A DNA stretch of 64,000 bases from Clostridium sp. CAG:433 (GTDB lineage Bacteria; Bacillota_I; Bacilli_A; RF39; UBA660), in NCBI GenBank assembly GCA_000433675.1, contig FR893565.1, forward strand, positions 55-64,054, read 5' to 3'. How positions within the stretch are numbered: position 1 is the stretch's first letter; every line of letters begins with the position of its first letter. Shown here piece after piece: positions 55,647 through 64,000 of this stretch. A program made the position numbers and the translations under genes. The notes below the pieces were generated by a model. The model had not been told where the DNA came from. It saw nothing but the letters and a program-made list of their open reading frames with translations, and did not search any database.

Positions 55647-56258
55647 ATGGAAAAGTTAACAAGTAAGCAAAATAATGTATTAGATTATTTAAAACAATTC
55701 CTTGCTAAAAAAGGATATCCACCTACTGTGAGAGAAATATGTGCCGCACTTAATTTATCTTCACCAGCAACTGTTCATGCACATTTAAATACATTAGAAG
55801 AAAAGGGATATATTTCAAAAGGTAATTCAAAAAATAGAGCTATTGAATTACTTGTAAAAAATGAATATGAAGAAGCAGATAGCGTGGATATTCCACTTTT
55901 AGGTAAGGTTGCTGCTGGTAATCCTATTGAAGCAATTGAAATGCCTGATGAATATTTTACTGTACCATCTTACTTAATCCCTGCAAAAAGAGAAGTATTT
56001 GCTCTTAGAGTAAACGGTGAATCAATGATTAATGCTGGTATTCATGATAATGATATAGTTATAATTCAAAGACAACAAACTGCGAACAATGGTGATATGG
56101 TAGTTGCTATGACTGATGATTATGGTGTTACATTAAAAACATTTTATAAAGAAAATGGATATTTCCGTCTTCAACCAGAAAATGATACAATGGCTCCAAT
56201 AATATTAGATAGTGTTACAATAGTTGGAAAAGCAATTGGATTATATAGAAAAATATAA
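55647..56258 (+). CDS. lexA: SOS transcriptional repressor LexA
   Basis: N-terminal winged HTH. The Ala-Gly autocleavage site (KVAAGNPIEA) and the S24 peptidase Ser/Lys dyad (NGESM ... TLKTF) are present. AAGGAG is the SD. Confidence 0.95.
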   Translation: MEKLTSKQNNVLDYLKQFLAKKGYPPTVREICAALNLSSPATVHAHLNTLEEKGYISKGNSKNRAIELLVKNEYEEADSVDIPLLGKVAAGNPIEAIEMPDEYFTVPSYLIPAKREVFALRVNGESMINAGIHDNDIVIIQRQQTANNGDMVVAMTDDYGVTLKTFYKENGYFRLQPENDTMAPIILDSVTIVGKAIGLYRKI

Positions 56259-56327
56259 AAAAGGAATTTCTATAAAATTCCTTTAATCTATATAAACGCT
56301 TGCTAAAGAAGCAGTAGCGTATAATAA

Positions 56328-56360
56328 TTACAGGTTATTTATTAACCTGTTTTTATTTTC
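56328..56360 (+). terminator. Rho-independent terminator downstream of lexA
   Basis: ACAGGTTA-tttat-TAACCTGT is followed by TTTTTATTTT. A weaker hairpin (AAGGAATTT-ctataa-AAATTCCTT) lies directly after the lexA stop at 56259-56288. Confidence 0.5.
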
Positions 56361-56441
56361 CAACACTAATAATATATTATTCAAATTAATTTATATTATT
56401 CATTAATAATATATTTTTGTTTTTAAATTTTGTATAGACTT

Positions 56442-57323
56442 TTATACTAATTCATACTCTCTTGCTATTATTCTGTCATCACTACAATATTCAATCACAT
56501 ATTTATTTTCTTTCTTGCATATTATTATTCCTATTGTTTTATTTTGATTTATACTTTTTAGATTTTTATCTATATAATTCATATAAAATTCTATTTGTCC
56601 TATATGTTCTTTTCTTAATTCAGTTACTTTTAGTTCAACAACTACAAAGCAATTAAATTCATAATTAAATAATAATAAATCAATATAATTATATCTATCT
56701 CCTATTTTTATTTTATATTCATTATCTATAAAACTAAATTCGTTGCCTAATTCTTTTAAAAATAATGATATATCTTCTAATATCAGTTTTTGAAATATTT
56801 TTTCTGATATTTCATTGTAACCACTTGTATTTCTTATTTGAATTGGATTCTTTACTAAATCTGGTACTTTTAATTCTTCTTTAGTTTTTAATTTTTTCTT
56901 TGTTTCTTCATCTAATCTTTCATATTCATTATTTTTTATTCTTTCTCTTAATTCTCTTACTGATAAGTTTTGTTCTTCTGTTATTTTTATATAATAATTT
57001 ATTTTATCTATGTCAAACCAAATAAGTTCACAATAATGGGAATAACTTAATTTGTCCGACACTGTCGGATGTTTTATTAAAACTTCATAAAATCTTCTAA
57101 AATATCTTAATCTTGTTGGTGTATAACCTTTACCGAACTCATTTGTAAGTCTTTTAGAATATTTTTTTATTATTCCTTCTCCATAATGTTTACCAGCTTC
57201 AGCTAATAATTTTCCAACATTATAATATGTAGTTAAATCACTTTTATTTTTACTATAATCTTTTACCTTTTTAGTAATTTCATTATTTACTAATTCTGTT
57301 TTTATTTCATCATAATAATTCAA
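56442..57323 (-). CDS. DUF1016/YhcG-family PD-(D/E)XK nuclease-like protein
   Basis: 293 aa. The N-terminal DUF1016_N-like helical region and the C-terminal PDDEXK signature (D...VVVELKVTELRKEHIGQ) are present. It starts at TTG, with AAGGAGG 7 nt upstream. Confidence 0.7.
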   Translation of the reverse strand: MNYYDEIKTELVNNEITKKVKDYSKNKSDLTTYYNVGKLLAEAGKHYGEGIIKKYSKRLTNEFGKGYTPTRLRYFRRFYEVLIKHPTVSDKLSYSHYCELIWFDIDKINYYIKITEEQNLSVRELRERIKNNEYERLDEETKKKLKTKEELKVPDLVKNPIQIRNTSGYNEISEKIFQKLILEDISLFLKELGNEFSFIDNEYKIKIGDRYNYIDLLLFNYEFNCFVVVELKVTELRKEHIGQIEFYMNYIDKNLKSINQNKTIGIIICKKENKYVIEYCSDDRIIAREYELV

Positions 57324-57335
57324 ATTTAATCCTCC

Positions 57336-58235
57336 TTATGTTAATTCATATTCTCTTGCTATTATTCTATCATCAGAGCAATATTTAATTACATATTCAT
57401 TGTCATGCTTACAAATAATGATTCCTACTGTATCATTTTCTTCAATAGTTTTTATATTTTTATCAATATAATTCATATAAGTCATAATCTGACCAGTATG
57501 TTCCTTCTTAAGTTCAGTTACTTTTAATTCTACAACTACATAACACTTGTATTTAATATTATAAAGTAGTAAATCAATATAATTATATCTATCATCTAAT
57601 TTGATCTTATATTCGTTATCAATAAAAGTGAATCCATTACCTAATTCTTTTAAAAATGTTGGAATGTCCTCAAGTATTAACTTTTGCAGTATTTTTTCAG
57701 ATATAATTTCTTTTTTATTACTATTTCTAATATGAATAGGATTTTTAACAAAGTCTATTATTCATATATCATCCCTACTTTTCAATTTATTTCTTGCATC
57801 AGCGGGTATTCTTTCGTACTCATTAGATTTTATTTTATTTCTTAATTGTCTAACATCTAAATTATAGACTTCACATTGATTGACATAATATTCTATTTTA
57901 TTTATATCATCAAATGATAACATTTCATACCAATGACTCCATGTTAACTTTCCCGACAATGTCGGGACTTTTTCAATTATATTATAAAATTGTTTAATTT
58001 TATATAATAATGATGACGTATATTTTTTACCAAATTTATTTGTTAATCTTTTAGAATAGTCCTTTATTACATTTTTTCCATACTTAGTATCTACATTTTT
58101 AAGTAGTTCTCCAACTTCTAAATATGTTTTTATTTTTTCCTTTGCTTTTGAATAATCTTTTACGTTTTGATATATTTCATGATTTAATATCTTGTTTTCT
58201 ATTTGTTGATATGTTTTATCTATTTCTTCTATCAT
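57336..58235 (-). pseudogene. Tandem duplicate of the DUF1016/YhcG gene, interrupted by a single in-frame TGA at 57762-57764
   Basis: The 157-aa ORF 57762..58235 aligns with the N-terminal half of the intact copy. The downstream 141 codons (57336..57761) remain in the same frame and translate to the PDDEXK half (VVVELKVTELKKEHTGQ ...AREYELT*). TGA is a genuine stop in this genome, since gyrA ends in TGA. Confidence 0.6.
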
Positions 58236-58247
58236 ATCTACTCCTTT

Positions 58248-60278
58248 CTATGGGCTACAAGTTTCAATTTTTAATTTATTATTTTTAATCTTAAACATAA
58301 TACTTCCATCTTGATCTGTTCTATATATTTTTGAATTATCTAAATTATTTAACACCTCTTTATTTGGATGACCATATCTGTTATTCTTGCCTACACTTAT
58401 AACACTATATTTAGGATTCATTTCATCTATAAAATTTTTATCACTACTTGTTTTACTTCCATGATGACCAATTTTTAATACATCAATTTTTGAAACATTA
58501 TATTTTTCTAATATATCTTTTTCTTTCCCTACTCCTGCATCTCCCATAAACATAAACTTATAACCATTTAACTCCGTATATATAACATTACTATTTTCAT
58601 TTTCATTATCATATTCTTTTGTTTGTAAAAAATGAAGTTTATTATTATCAATATTTAATTCTTTAATACAGGAATAATACTTTATCTTCTTTTTGTCTAA
58701 GACTTCTATTAATTCGTTTTCCAAATCATTATATGAGCCACAATTAAAGATTACTTTCTCTACTTTAAAGTTTTCTACTAAATTAATCGCTTCTCCCATA
58801 TGATCGTAGTCGCCATGAGTTAAAACTAAATAATCTATTTTTTTAATACCTACTGATTTAAAGTACGGAATAAGTATATTTTTAGATATATCATAATTAA
58901 TATTTCCTCCCGTATCAATTAATATATTTTTATTTTTTAATCTAATAAGAGATGAGTCACCTTGCCCAACATCTAAAATACTTACTTCACTATTTACTAT
59001 TCTTCCATTATTAATAAGAAAAATTAGACTTATAATTGCTATAATAATTTTATAAACTAAACTCTTTTTTCTTTTTAAAATATATATAAATATTATGTAA
59101 TACATAATTATTAAAAAAATATTCATCTTACATATTGAAAAAGAAAGAAATTTTATATTAGAAAAAAAGTCTGTAATTTTTTCAAAATAACTTATAAACA
59201 TATATAATATATTATCTAAACTAGGAAATAATACTGTAACCAAACTAAGTGGAAATAATATATATGAAACAAATGGTATATAAATAATGTTAAGAATAAT
59301 ACCAAGAAAATTAACTTCAAAAAAGTTATTAATAAGAACTGGCATTGATGAAAAGAATGATATTAATGATGTTTTAAGTGATTTAATAATAAATTTTCCT
59401 TTAATTAATTTACTACATCTTATTAAAGTAAAACTGATTATGAATGAAAACAAAAATCCAATATTATAAATATTATAAGGGTTTATAATCACTAATATTG
59501 AAAAAAGCAAAAGAACTAAATTTGAATTATCTATGTTTAATTTAAAACTTTTATTTATAAAAAATAATATAAATTGAAAAGTTGCTCGTACCATTGATAT
59601 TGTAAAATTTGTTAAAAATAAGTAAATGCTTAAGAAAATTGAAACTATTATATATCTTTTTCTTTCTTTAATTTTGTTTAATAATTTTAGTAAAACAATT
59701 GATATTAAAGATACATGCATACCTGATACTGCAAATAAATGACTAACACCAATTTTCTGATATTTAGTATAAACATCTTTTTCAATTAAACTTTTATCAG
59801 CATATAGAAATGCAAGTATATATCCTTTTGATTTATTTGCATTTTCAATTTTTCTAAGTAAATTATTTTTAAGTGTATAAAAAACATTATCGTTTTTCTT
59901 TATTACAATAATCTTACTAGCTGTTACAACATAATTTATTTTATTACTTAGTAAATATCTTTTATAATTAAACAAATTAAAATTGCCATTTTCTTTAGGC
60001 TTTTTAAATACACCATAAACATATATATAATCACCATAAGATACATTTATATCACTATAATAATTTACAAGTACCTTTTCTTTTCCTTTTACCCATATAG
60101 TAGTTTTATCTTTACTCTTTTTATAATCCATTACTGTTCCATATAAATTCTTATCACTATCTTTATATTCTGATTTTATTATAATAAAATTAATAAAAAT
60201 AAATGAAGAAATTAAACTTAATACAAGTAATACATAGAATATATAATTACACTGTAATATATTTTTTAATTTTTTCAA
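58248..60278 (-). CDS. comEC: DNA internalisation competence protein ComEC/Rec2
   Basis: 676 aa. N-terminal OB/DUF4131 region, then a polytopic competence domain, then a C-terminal metallo-beta-lactamase domain (LVLTHGDYDHMGE ... GHHGSKTSS). Confidence 0.9.
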   Translation of the reverse strand: MKKLKNILQCNYIFYVLLVLSLISSFIFINFIIIKSEYKDSDKNLYGTVMDYKKSKDKTTIWVKGKEKVLVNYYSDINVSYGDYIYVYGVFKKPKENGNFNLFNYKRYLLSNKINYVVTASKIIVIKKNDNVFYTLKNNLLRKIENANKSKGYILAFLYADKSLIEKDVYTKYQKIGVSHLFAVSGMHVSLISIVLLKLLNKIKERKRYIIVSIFLSIYLFLTNFTISMVRATFQFILFFINKSFKLNIDNSNLVLLLFSILVIINPYNIYNIGFLFSFIISFTLIRCSKLIKGKFIIKSLKTSLISFFSSMPVLINNFFEVNFLGIILNIIYIPFVSYILFPLSLVTVLFPSLDNILYMFISYFEKITDFFSNIKFLSFSICKMNIFLIIMYYIIFIYILKRKKSLVYKIIIAIISLIFLINNGRIVNSEVSILDVGQGDSSLIRLKNKNILIDTGGNINYDISKNILIPYFKSVGIKKIDYLVLTHGDYDHMGEAINLVENFKVEKVIFNCGSYNDLENELIEVLDKKKIKYYSCIKELNIDNNKLHFLQTKEYDNENENSNVIYTELNGYKFMFMGDAGVGKEKDILEKYNVSKIDVLKIGHHGSKTSSDKNFIDEMNPKYSVISVGKNNRYGHPNKEVLNNLDNSKIYRTDQDGSIMFKIKNNKLKIETCSP

Positions 60279-60819
60279 ATAAAGAATCGCCTATTCCAGA
60301 TACATTTTTAATATCTTCTATAGAACTAAAATTACCATTTTCTTCTCTATACTTTACTATATTACTTGCTTTTGATTCACCTATTCCAGTAATGGATGAA
60401 AGTTCTTTTGTAGTCGCAGTATTAATATTTACTAAACTACTATTCTTCGTATTTTGAGTTATAGTATTATTACTTATATTTGTATTTTCAGAGTTTGATG
60501 GCACAATAATAACCATTTCATCAGTTATCTTTTTACTTAAATTAACTGAGTAAGTATTTGCATTTTCTTTTAAACCTCCTGATGCATTTATTGCATCTAT
60601 TACTCTTGATCCTTCTTTTAACTTATACACACCTGGATCTTTTACCTCACCTTTAATATCCACATAATAATATTTTTTCTCACTACTTTGATTATTTTCT
60701 TTGACAATACTATCATTTTCTTTAGCGCTCGCACCATTTGTAATTAAAACTGAAATAATGGTAAATAAGACTAAAACACCTAAAATTACATACTTAAAAT
60801 TTTCTTCTATTTTTTTCAT
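60247..60819 (-). CDS. comEA: Competence protein ComEA (membrane-anchored helix-hairpin-helix DNA receptor)
   Basis: N-terminal TM helix, then a SLBB-like domain (VDIKGEVKDPGVYKL), then tandem HhH motifs (VNINTATTKELSSITGIGESKASNIVKYREENGNF..IEDIKNVSGIG). Confidence 0.85.
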   Translation of the reverse strand: MKKIEENFKYVILGVLVLFTIISVLITNGASAKENDSIVKENNQSSEKKYYYVDIKGEVKDPGVYKLKEGSRVIDAINASGGLKENANTYSVNLSKKITDEMVIIVPSNSENTNISNNTITQNTKNSSLVNINTATTKELSSITGIGESKASNIVKYREENGNFSSIEDIKNVSGIGDSLFEKIKKYITV

Positions 60820-60868
60820 AAAAAAACACCTCCTATAGATATATTCTCTATAAGAAGTGCAAATTCCC

Positions 60869-62014
60869 CTATTTTAGAACTTTTTTTTGTAAAAAATTGT
60901 AATTTTCTATTGAAACTCTCTGTACAAGAGCAAGTCCTATTGCTAGAGTAAGTGCAAATGAACCACCATAACTTAAAAATGGAAGTGGTACACCTGTTAA
61001 AGGAACAAGGCCTAAAACACCAGTTAAATTTACAACTACATGAAGTAAAATATAACTCGCGACTCCATAACAAATAGTCCTGTTTACTATATTATATGAC
61101 CTAAGTCCAATCATAAATATTCTAATAATTATTATCATGTAAATAAGTATAACAACAATTCCTGTAATAAGTCCCATATCTTCTACTACTATTGGAAATA
61201 TAAAGTCAGTATATGCTTCTGGTAAATATAAATATTTTTGTTTACTATTTCCAGGTTCTATACTAAATAATTTACCATTGTTTATAGCAATATAACCATT
61301 ACATACTTGATATCCTGTATCTTCTTGATATCTAGTACATGGTTTTTTATAATTAAATCTAGATTTCTGCATTCCTGTTAATGCGCTTCCACCTGTTACT
61401 AAAAGAATAAGTAAAATAATAACTACAACTACGAGTCCTGCAAAAGTTGTTTTAACTTTTATTTCTTTACTTACATTTGATGAATAAAATAATATAGCGG
61501 ATATAAAGAATAATATAAGTCCTGTACCACCATCAGGTTGTAATAGTGTTAAAATTGTAAATATTGCGCCTAATACAAGTGGTGTTAATGCTACTACAGG
61601 ATTATCTAGTCTTTTTTGATTCATTTGATAGTATACACCAGTAAATAAAATAAGTGCTACTTTAGCAAATTCACTCGGTTGAAGACCAAACGGTCCAATA
61701 TAAATCCAGCTTTTAACACCCGCAGATGTTTCTGTTCCTGCAACAAGTAAAAATATAAGCATTAGTATTAATACTCCCGCAATCAAGAATATTAATTTAT
61801 TATATTTTTTTAATGGTTTTCTAATTATTATAATTGCCATTACAAGTGCTGAAACTAAAAATATTAATTGTCTAAAAAAATATTTCGTATTTTCTCCTGT
61901 ATTTAAAAATGATTTCATGCTTGATGCATCAAGTATCATAAATAAACCAAAGATAAACATAAATATTGATAAAATTAATAATGGTTTGTCCATTTTATTA
62001 AATGCCCTTATCAT
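60869..62014 (-). CDS. SEDS-family peptidoglycan glycosyltransferase (FtsW/RodA/SpoVE)
   Basis: 10-TM protein carrying the conserved SEDS motifs (QPSEFAK ... GLVPLTGVPLPFLSYGGS). Confidence 0.9.
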   Translation of the reverse strand: MIRAFNKMDKPLLILSIFMFIFGLFMILDASSMKSFLNTGENTKYFFRQLIFLVSALVMAIIIIRKPLKKYNKLIFLIAGVLILMLIFLLVAGTETSAGVKSWIYIGPFGLQPSEFAKVALILFTGVYYQMNQKRLDNPVVALTPLVLGAIFTILTLLQPDGGTGLILFFISAILFYSSNVSKEIKVKTTFAGLVVVVIILLILLVTGGSALTGMQKSRFNYKKPCTRYQEDTGYQVCNGYIAINNGKLFSIEPGNSKQKYLYLPEAYTDFIFPIVVEDMGLITGIVVILIYMIIIIRIFMIGLRSYNIVNRTICYGVASYILLHVVVNLTGVLGLVPLTGVPLPFLSYGGSFALTLAIGLALVQRVSIENYNFLQKKVLK

Positions 62015-62138
62015 TTTCTTATCACCTAATATAATTTTAACATAAATATATAAAATTACCTAGATATTAGGTAAATTAAATAACATTTTATTTACATTAT
62101 TAATACAATATAATAGAAAACAAAAAGGAGGTAACGTT

Positions 62139-62330
62139 ATGTATTATTACGGATACAGTGGTGGTTATGGATATAATAATCCTTGCTGTGGCGGTAATCA
62201 AGGTGGTTATGTTTATCCAGTAAATACTGGTTATGGATATAATAATGGCTCAGGTGCCGCTATTATATTAGTATTATTTATATTACTTGTAATAGTTATA
62301 GGAGCAGGATTCTTTAATAGAAATAACTAA
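62139..62330 (+). CDS. YjcZ-like small Gly/Tyr-rich sporulation-family protein
   Basis: 63 aa. An N-terminal (G/Y/N)-rich region with a CC pair is followed by a C-terminal TM helix (AAIILVLFILLVIVIGAGFF). AAAGGAGG sits 8 nt upstream. Confidence 0.55.
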   Translation: MYYYGYSGGYGYNNPCCGGNQGGYVYPVNTGYGYNNGSGAAIILVLFILLVIVIGAGFFNRNN

Positions 62331-62335
62331 ACATA

Positions 62336-62370
62336 AAAAAAGCCTTTTGGTCTATCCAAGAGGTTTTTTA
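62336..62370. terminator. Bidirectional terminator between the YjcZ-like gene and degV
   Basis: An A-run, then CCTTTTGG-tctat-CCAAGAGG, then a T-run. The degV TAG stop lies in the loop. Confidence 0.55.
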
Positions 62371-63245
62371 ATTAAACTTATTCCACATAAATCATCACAT
62401 CCATATGATGCGACTACTCCATTTATATCTCTTCTAATGACTCTATCAAAATAATGTAAATCTTCTAAATATGTTACTATATCATCCATATTTACATATT
62501 TTTGATTAAGATTACCAACTACTACAGCACTACTTTCAAAAGACTCTTTATTTTCATTATTTACTATATTTTTTGTAAAATTCATCATTCCATCTTTTCT
62601 TTTAGATTTAAATATATTTTTAGTATATAAATTACCTTCATCATTAAAGTCAACTCTAAACTTTATACCCGCAATGACTGCTGTTTTAAGACCAATTAAT
62701 AATGCCTTTTCTTTTTTGCATAATTCTGATTTATTTCTTCCACTTCTTATAAATCCTTTTGGATCAGGTACATAAAAACTAGATGCAATCCTTTTCTTTA
62801 TATCATTTAAGTAATTGACTATTTTTTTAGCATCATAACCTTTTCTTCTTAAATGTTCAGCAATTTCACTAATAAGTGTCCCACCAGTTGCTCCTGTAAA
62901 TGTATCTACAACATATATTTTATTTTCATATTCATCATTTAATTCATTTGCGGCAAGAGAAGCTGAATTAAAACTTCCTTCACTAATACCACTACTCATA
63001 CTTAAATGTACAACATCTTTTTTATCTTTTAGTATTGATTCAAATTTATCTATAAAGTCACTTAATATTGGCGAAGCAGTCGTAAACGTACTTCCATTTT
63101 TTGTTTTTTCCAGTATAGTTTTTGAATCTATATCAATAACATCTCTATATGTCTTATCCTTATTTTCAATTATAGTTGCAGGTATCATATTATCCATATT
63201 TAATGGATCTATACCACTATCACATGTTACTATTACTTTTTCCAT
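62352..63245 (-). CDS. DegV-family (EDD-fold fatty-acid-binding) protein
   Basis: 297 aa. The N-terminus KVIVTCDSGIDPLNM is a DegV-like start. Size and composition are consistent with this family. This is a moderate-confidence call made from motif memory only. Confidence 0.6.
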   Translation of the reverse strand: MEKVIVTCDSGIDPLNMDNMIPATIIENKDKTYRDVIDIDSKTILEKTKNGSTFTTASPILSDFIDKFESILKDKKDVVHLSMSSGISEGSFNSASLAANELNDEYENKIYVVDTFTGATGGTLISEIAEHLRRKGYDAKKIVNYLNDIKKRIASSFYVPDPKGFIRSGRNKSELCKKEKALLIGLKTAVIAGIKFRVDFNDEGNLYTKNIFKSKRKDGMMNFTKNIVNNENKESFESSAVVVGNLNQKYVNMDDIVTYLEDLHYFDRVIRRDINGVVASYGCDDLCGISLIKKPLG

Positions 63246-63373
63246 AAAAAGCCTCCTCTAGTAGAATATTTAATGCTACTTCATGCATAATTATAACAAA
63301 TCTAGTAAATTTATTTTGAATTTTGAGTTCTTTTTTACACACATAAAGAAAAATTTTACATATTAAATAAAAT

Positions 63374-63958
63374 ATGATAAAATATTTATCGGATTTAGGG
63401 GTGATGTATATGATTAAATCTAATCAAATTTTAGATGAAAAGGATAAAAGACTTAGAAAAAAAAGTATTGATGTAACTTTTCCTTTAGAAGATAAATATA
63501 AAAAATTCATAGATGAATCAATTGAAATGCTTACTTTAAGCCAAATTGAAGAAGAAGCAGAAAAATATAATTTAAGACCTGGTATGGGACTTTCTGCAGT
63601 ACAAGTTGGAATTTTAAAAAGAATATTTGTAATTGTTTATGAATATGAAGAAGGAAAATTTGAAAATTATATTTTCATTAATCCAAAGATTTTAAGTCAT
63701 TCAGAAGAAATGGTTTATGTTGATGGTGGTGAAGGATGCCTTAGTGTAAATAGAGAAATTGAAGGTATCGTTCCAAGATATGCAAGACTTAATGCTGAAT
63801 ACTATGATATAGATGGTAATAAACATAAAATAAGATTAAGAGAAGAACTTGCGATAGCATTCCAACATGAATATGATCATTTAGATGGTATACTTTTCTA
63901 TGACAAAATAGATAAGAAAAATCCATATAAAAATCAAAATTTAATGAGAGCAATTTAA
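63374..63958 (+). CDS. def: Peptide deformylase
   Basis: All three PDF motifs are present: GLSAVQVG (motif 1), EGCLSV (motif 2) and QHEYDHLDG (motif 3, HExxH). Confidence 0.9.
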   Translation: MIKYLSDLGVMYMIKSNQILDEKDKRLRKKSIDVTFPLEDKYKKFIDESIEMLTLSQIEEEAEKYNLRPGMGLSAVQVGILKRIFVIVYEYEEGKFENYIFINPKILSHSEEMVYVDGGEGCLSVNREIEGIVPRYARLNAEYYDIDGNKHKIRLREELAIAFQHEYDHLDGILFYDKIDKKNPYKNQNLMRAI

Positions 63959-64000
63959 AAGAAAGTTTATTTTAAAAATGAAGTTGTCAACAAAAAGTAG

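Noticed and set aside
57762-57764. Possibility that TGA is read as Trp (Mollicutes-like code), which would make the second DUF1016 copy intact
   Set aside because: gyrA terminates with TGA at 200-202. The aligned residue in the intact paralog is Lys, not Trp. AT-rich sporulating Firmicutes use code 11.
1-64000. CRISPR arrays, rRNA/tRNA genes, integrases, transposases and prophage modules
   Set aside because: I found no short, regularly spaced direct repeats, no tRNA-like cloverleaf candidates in the intergenic regions, and no recombinase or transposase motifs in any ORF. The only repeats are in-frame protein-coding repeats and the tandem DUF1016 duplication.

Overview
AT-rich Firmicutes chromosomal segment. 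Almost all genes lie on the minus strand; TGA is a stop codon (gyrA ends with TGA), so this is not a Mollicutes genetic code. Conserved housekeeping blocks are recognisable: gyrB-gyrA, trmK-sigA(rpoD)-dnaG, yqeG-yqeH, tkt, lexA, comEA-comEC, ftsW/spoVE-like, def, and a YjcZ-like small sporulation protein. Three accessory islands interrupt these blocks. (1) 4.8-26.3 kb is a surface-adhesion locus. It contains a 4783-aa giant wall/membrane-anchored protein built from TIGR01451/Cna-B-like domains, 10 Listeria-Bacteroides (Flg_new) repeats, PPC-like beta-sandwiches and about four parallel beta-helix modules. It is preceded by two paralogous TM-anchored proteins and followed by an 868-aa protein with a type IV prepilin N-terminus fused to BspA-type leucine-rich repeats. 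(2) 30.4-33.0 kb is an orphan prepilin peptidase plus PilC/GspF-like platform pair with no adjacent ATPase. (3) 45.5-55.5 kb is a compact, atypical type VIIb secretion (T7SSb) locus: EssC, YukD/EsaB, four tandem WXG100 paralogs (one with a C-terminal extension), a 440-aa protein carrying a Cpl-7-type cell-wall-binding repeat, and two translationally coupled GT2 glycosyltransferases. It lacks EssB, EsaA and EssA, and sits divergent to lexA across two Cheo-box-like LexA operators and a 43-aa membrane peptide in the SosA/YneA position. A tandem duplication of a DUF1016/YhcG PDDEXK gene, with one copy nonsense-disrupted, lies next to comEC. No rRNA, tRNA, CRISPR array, integrase or transposase was detected.
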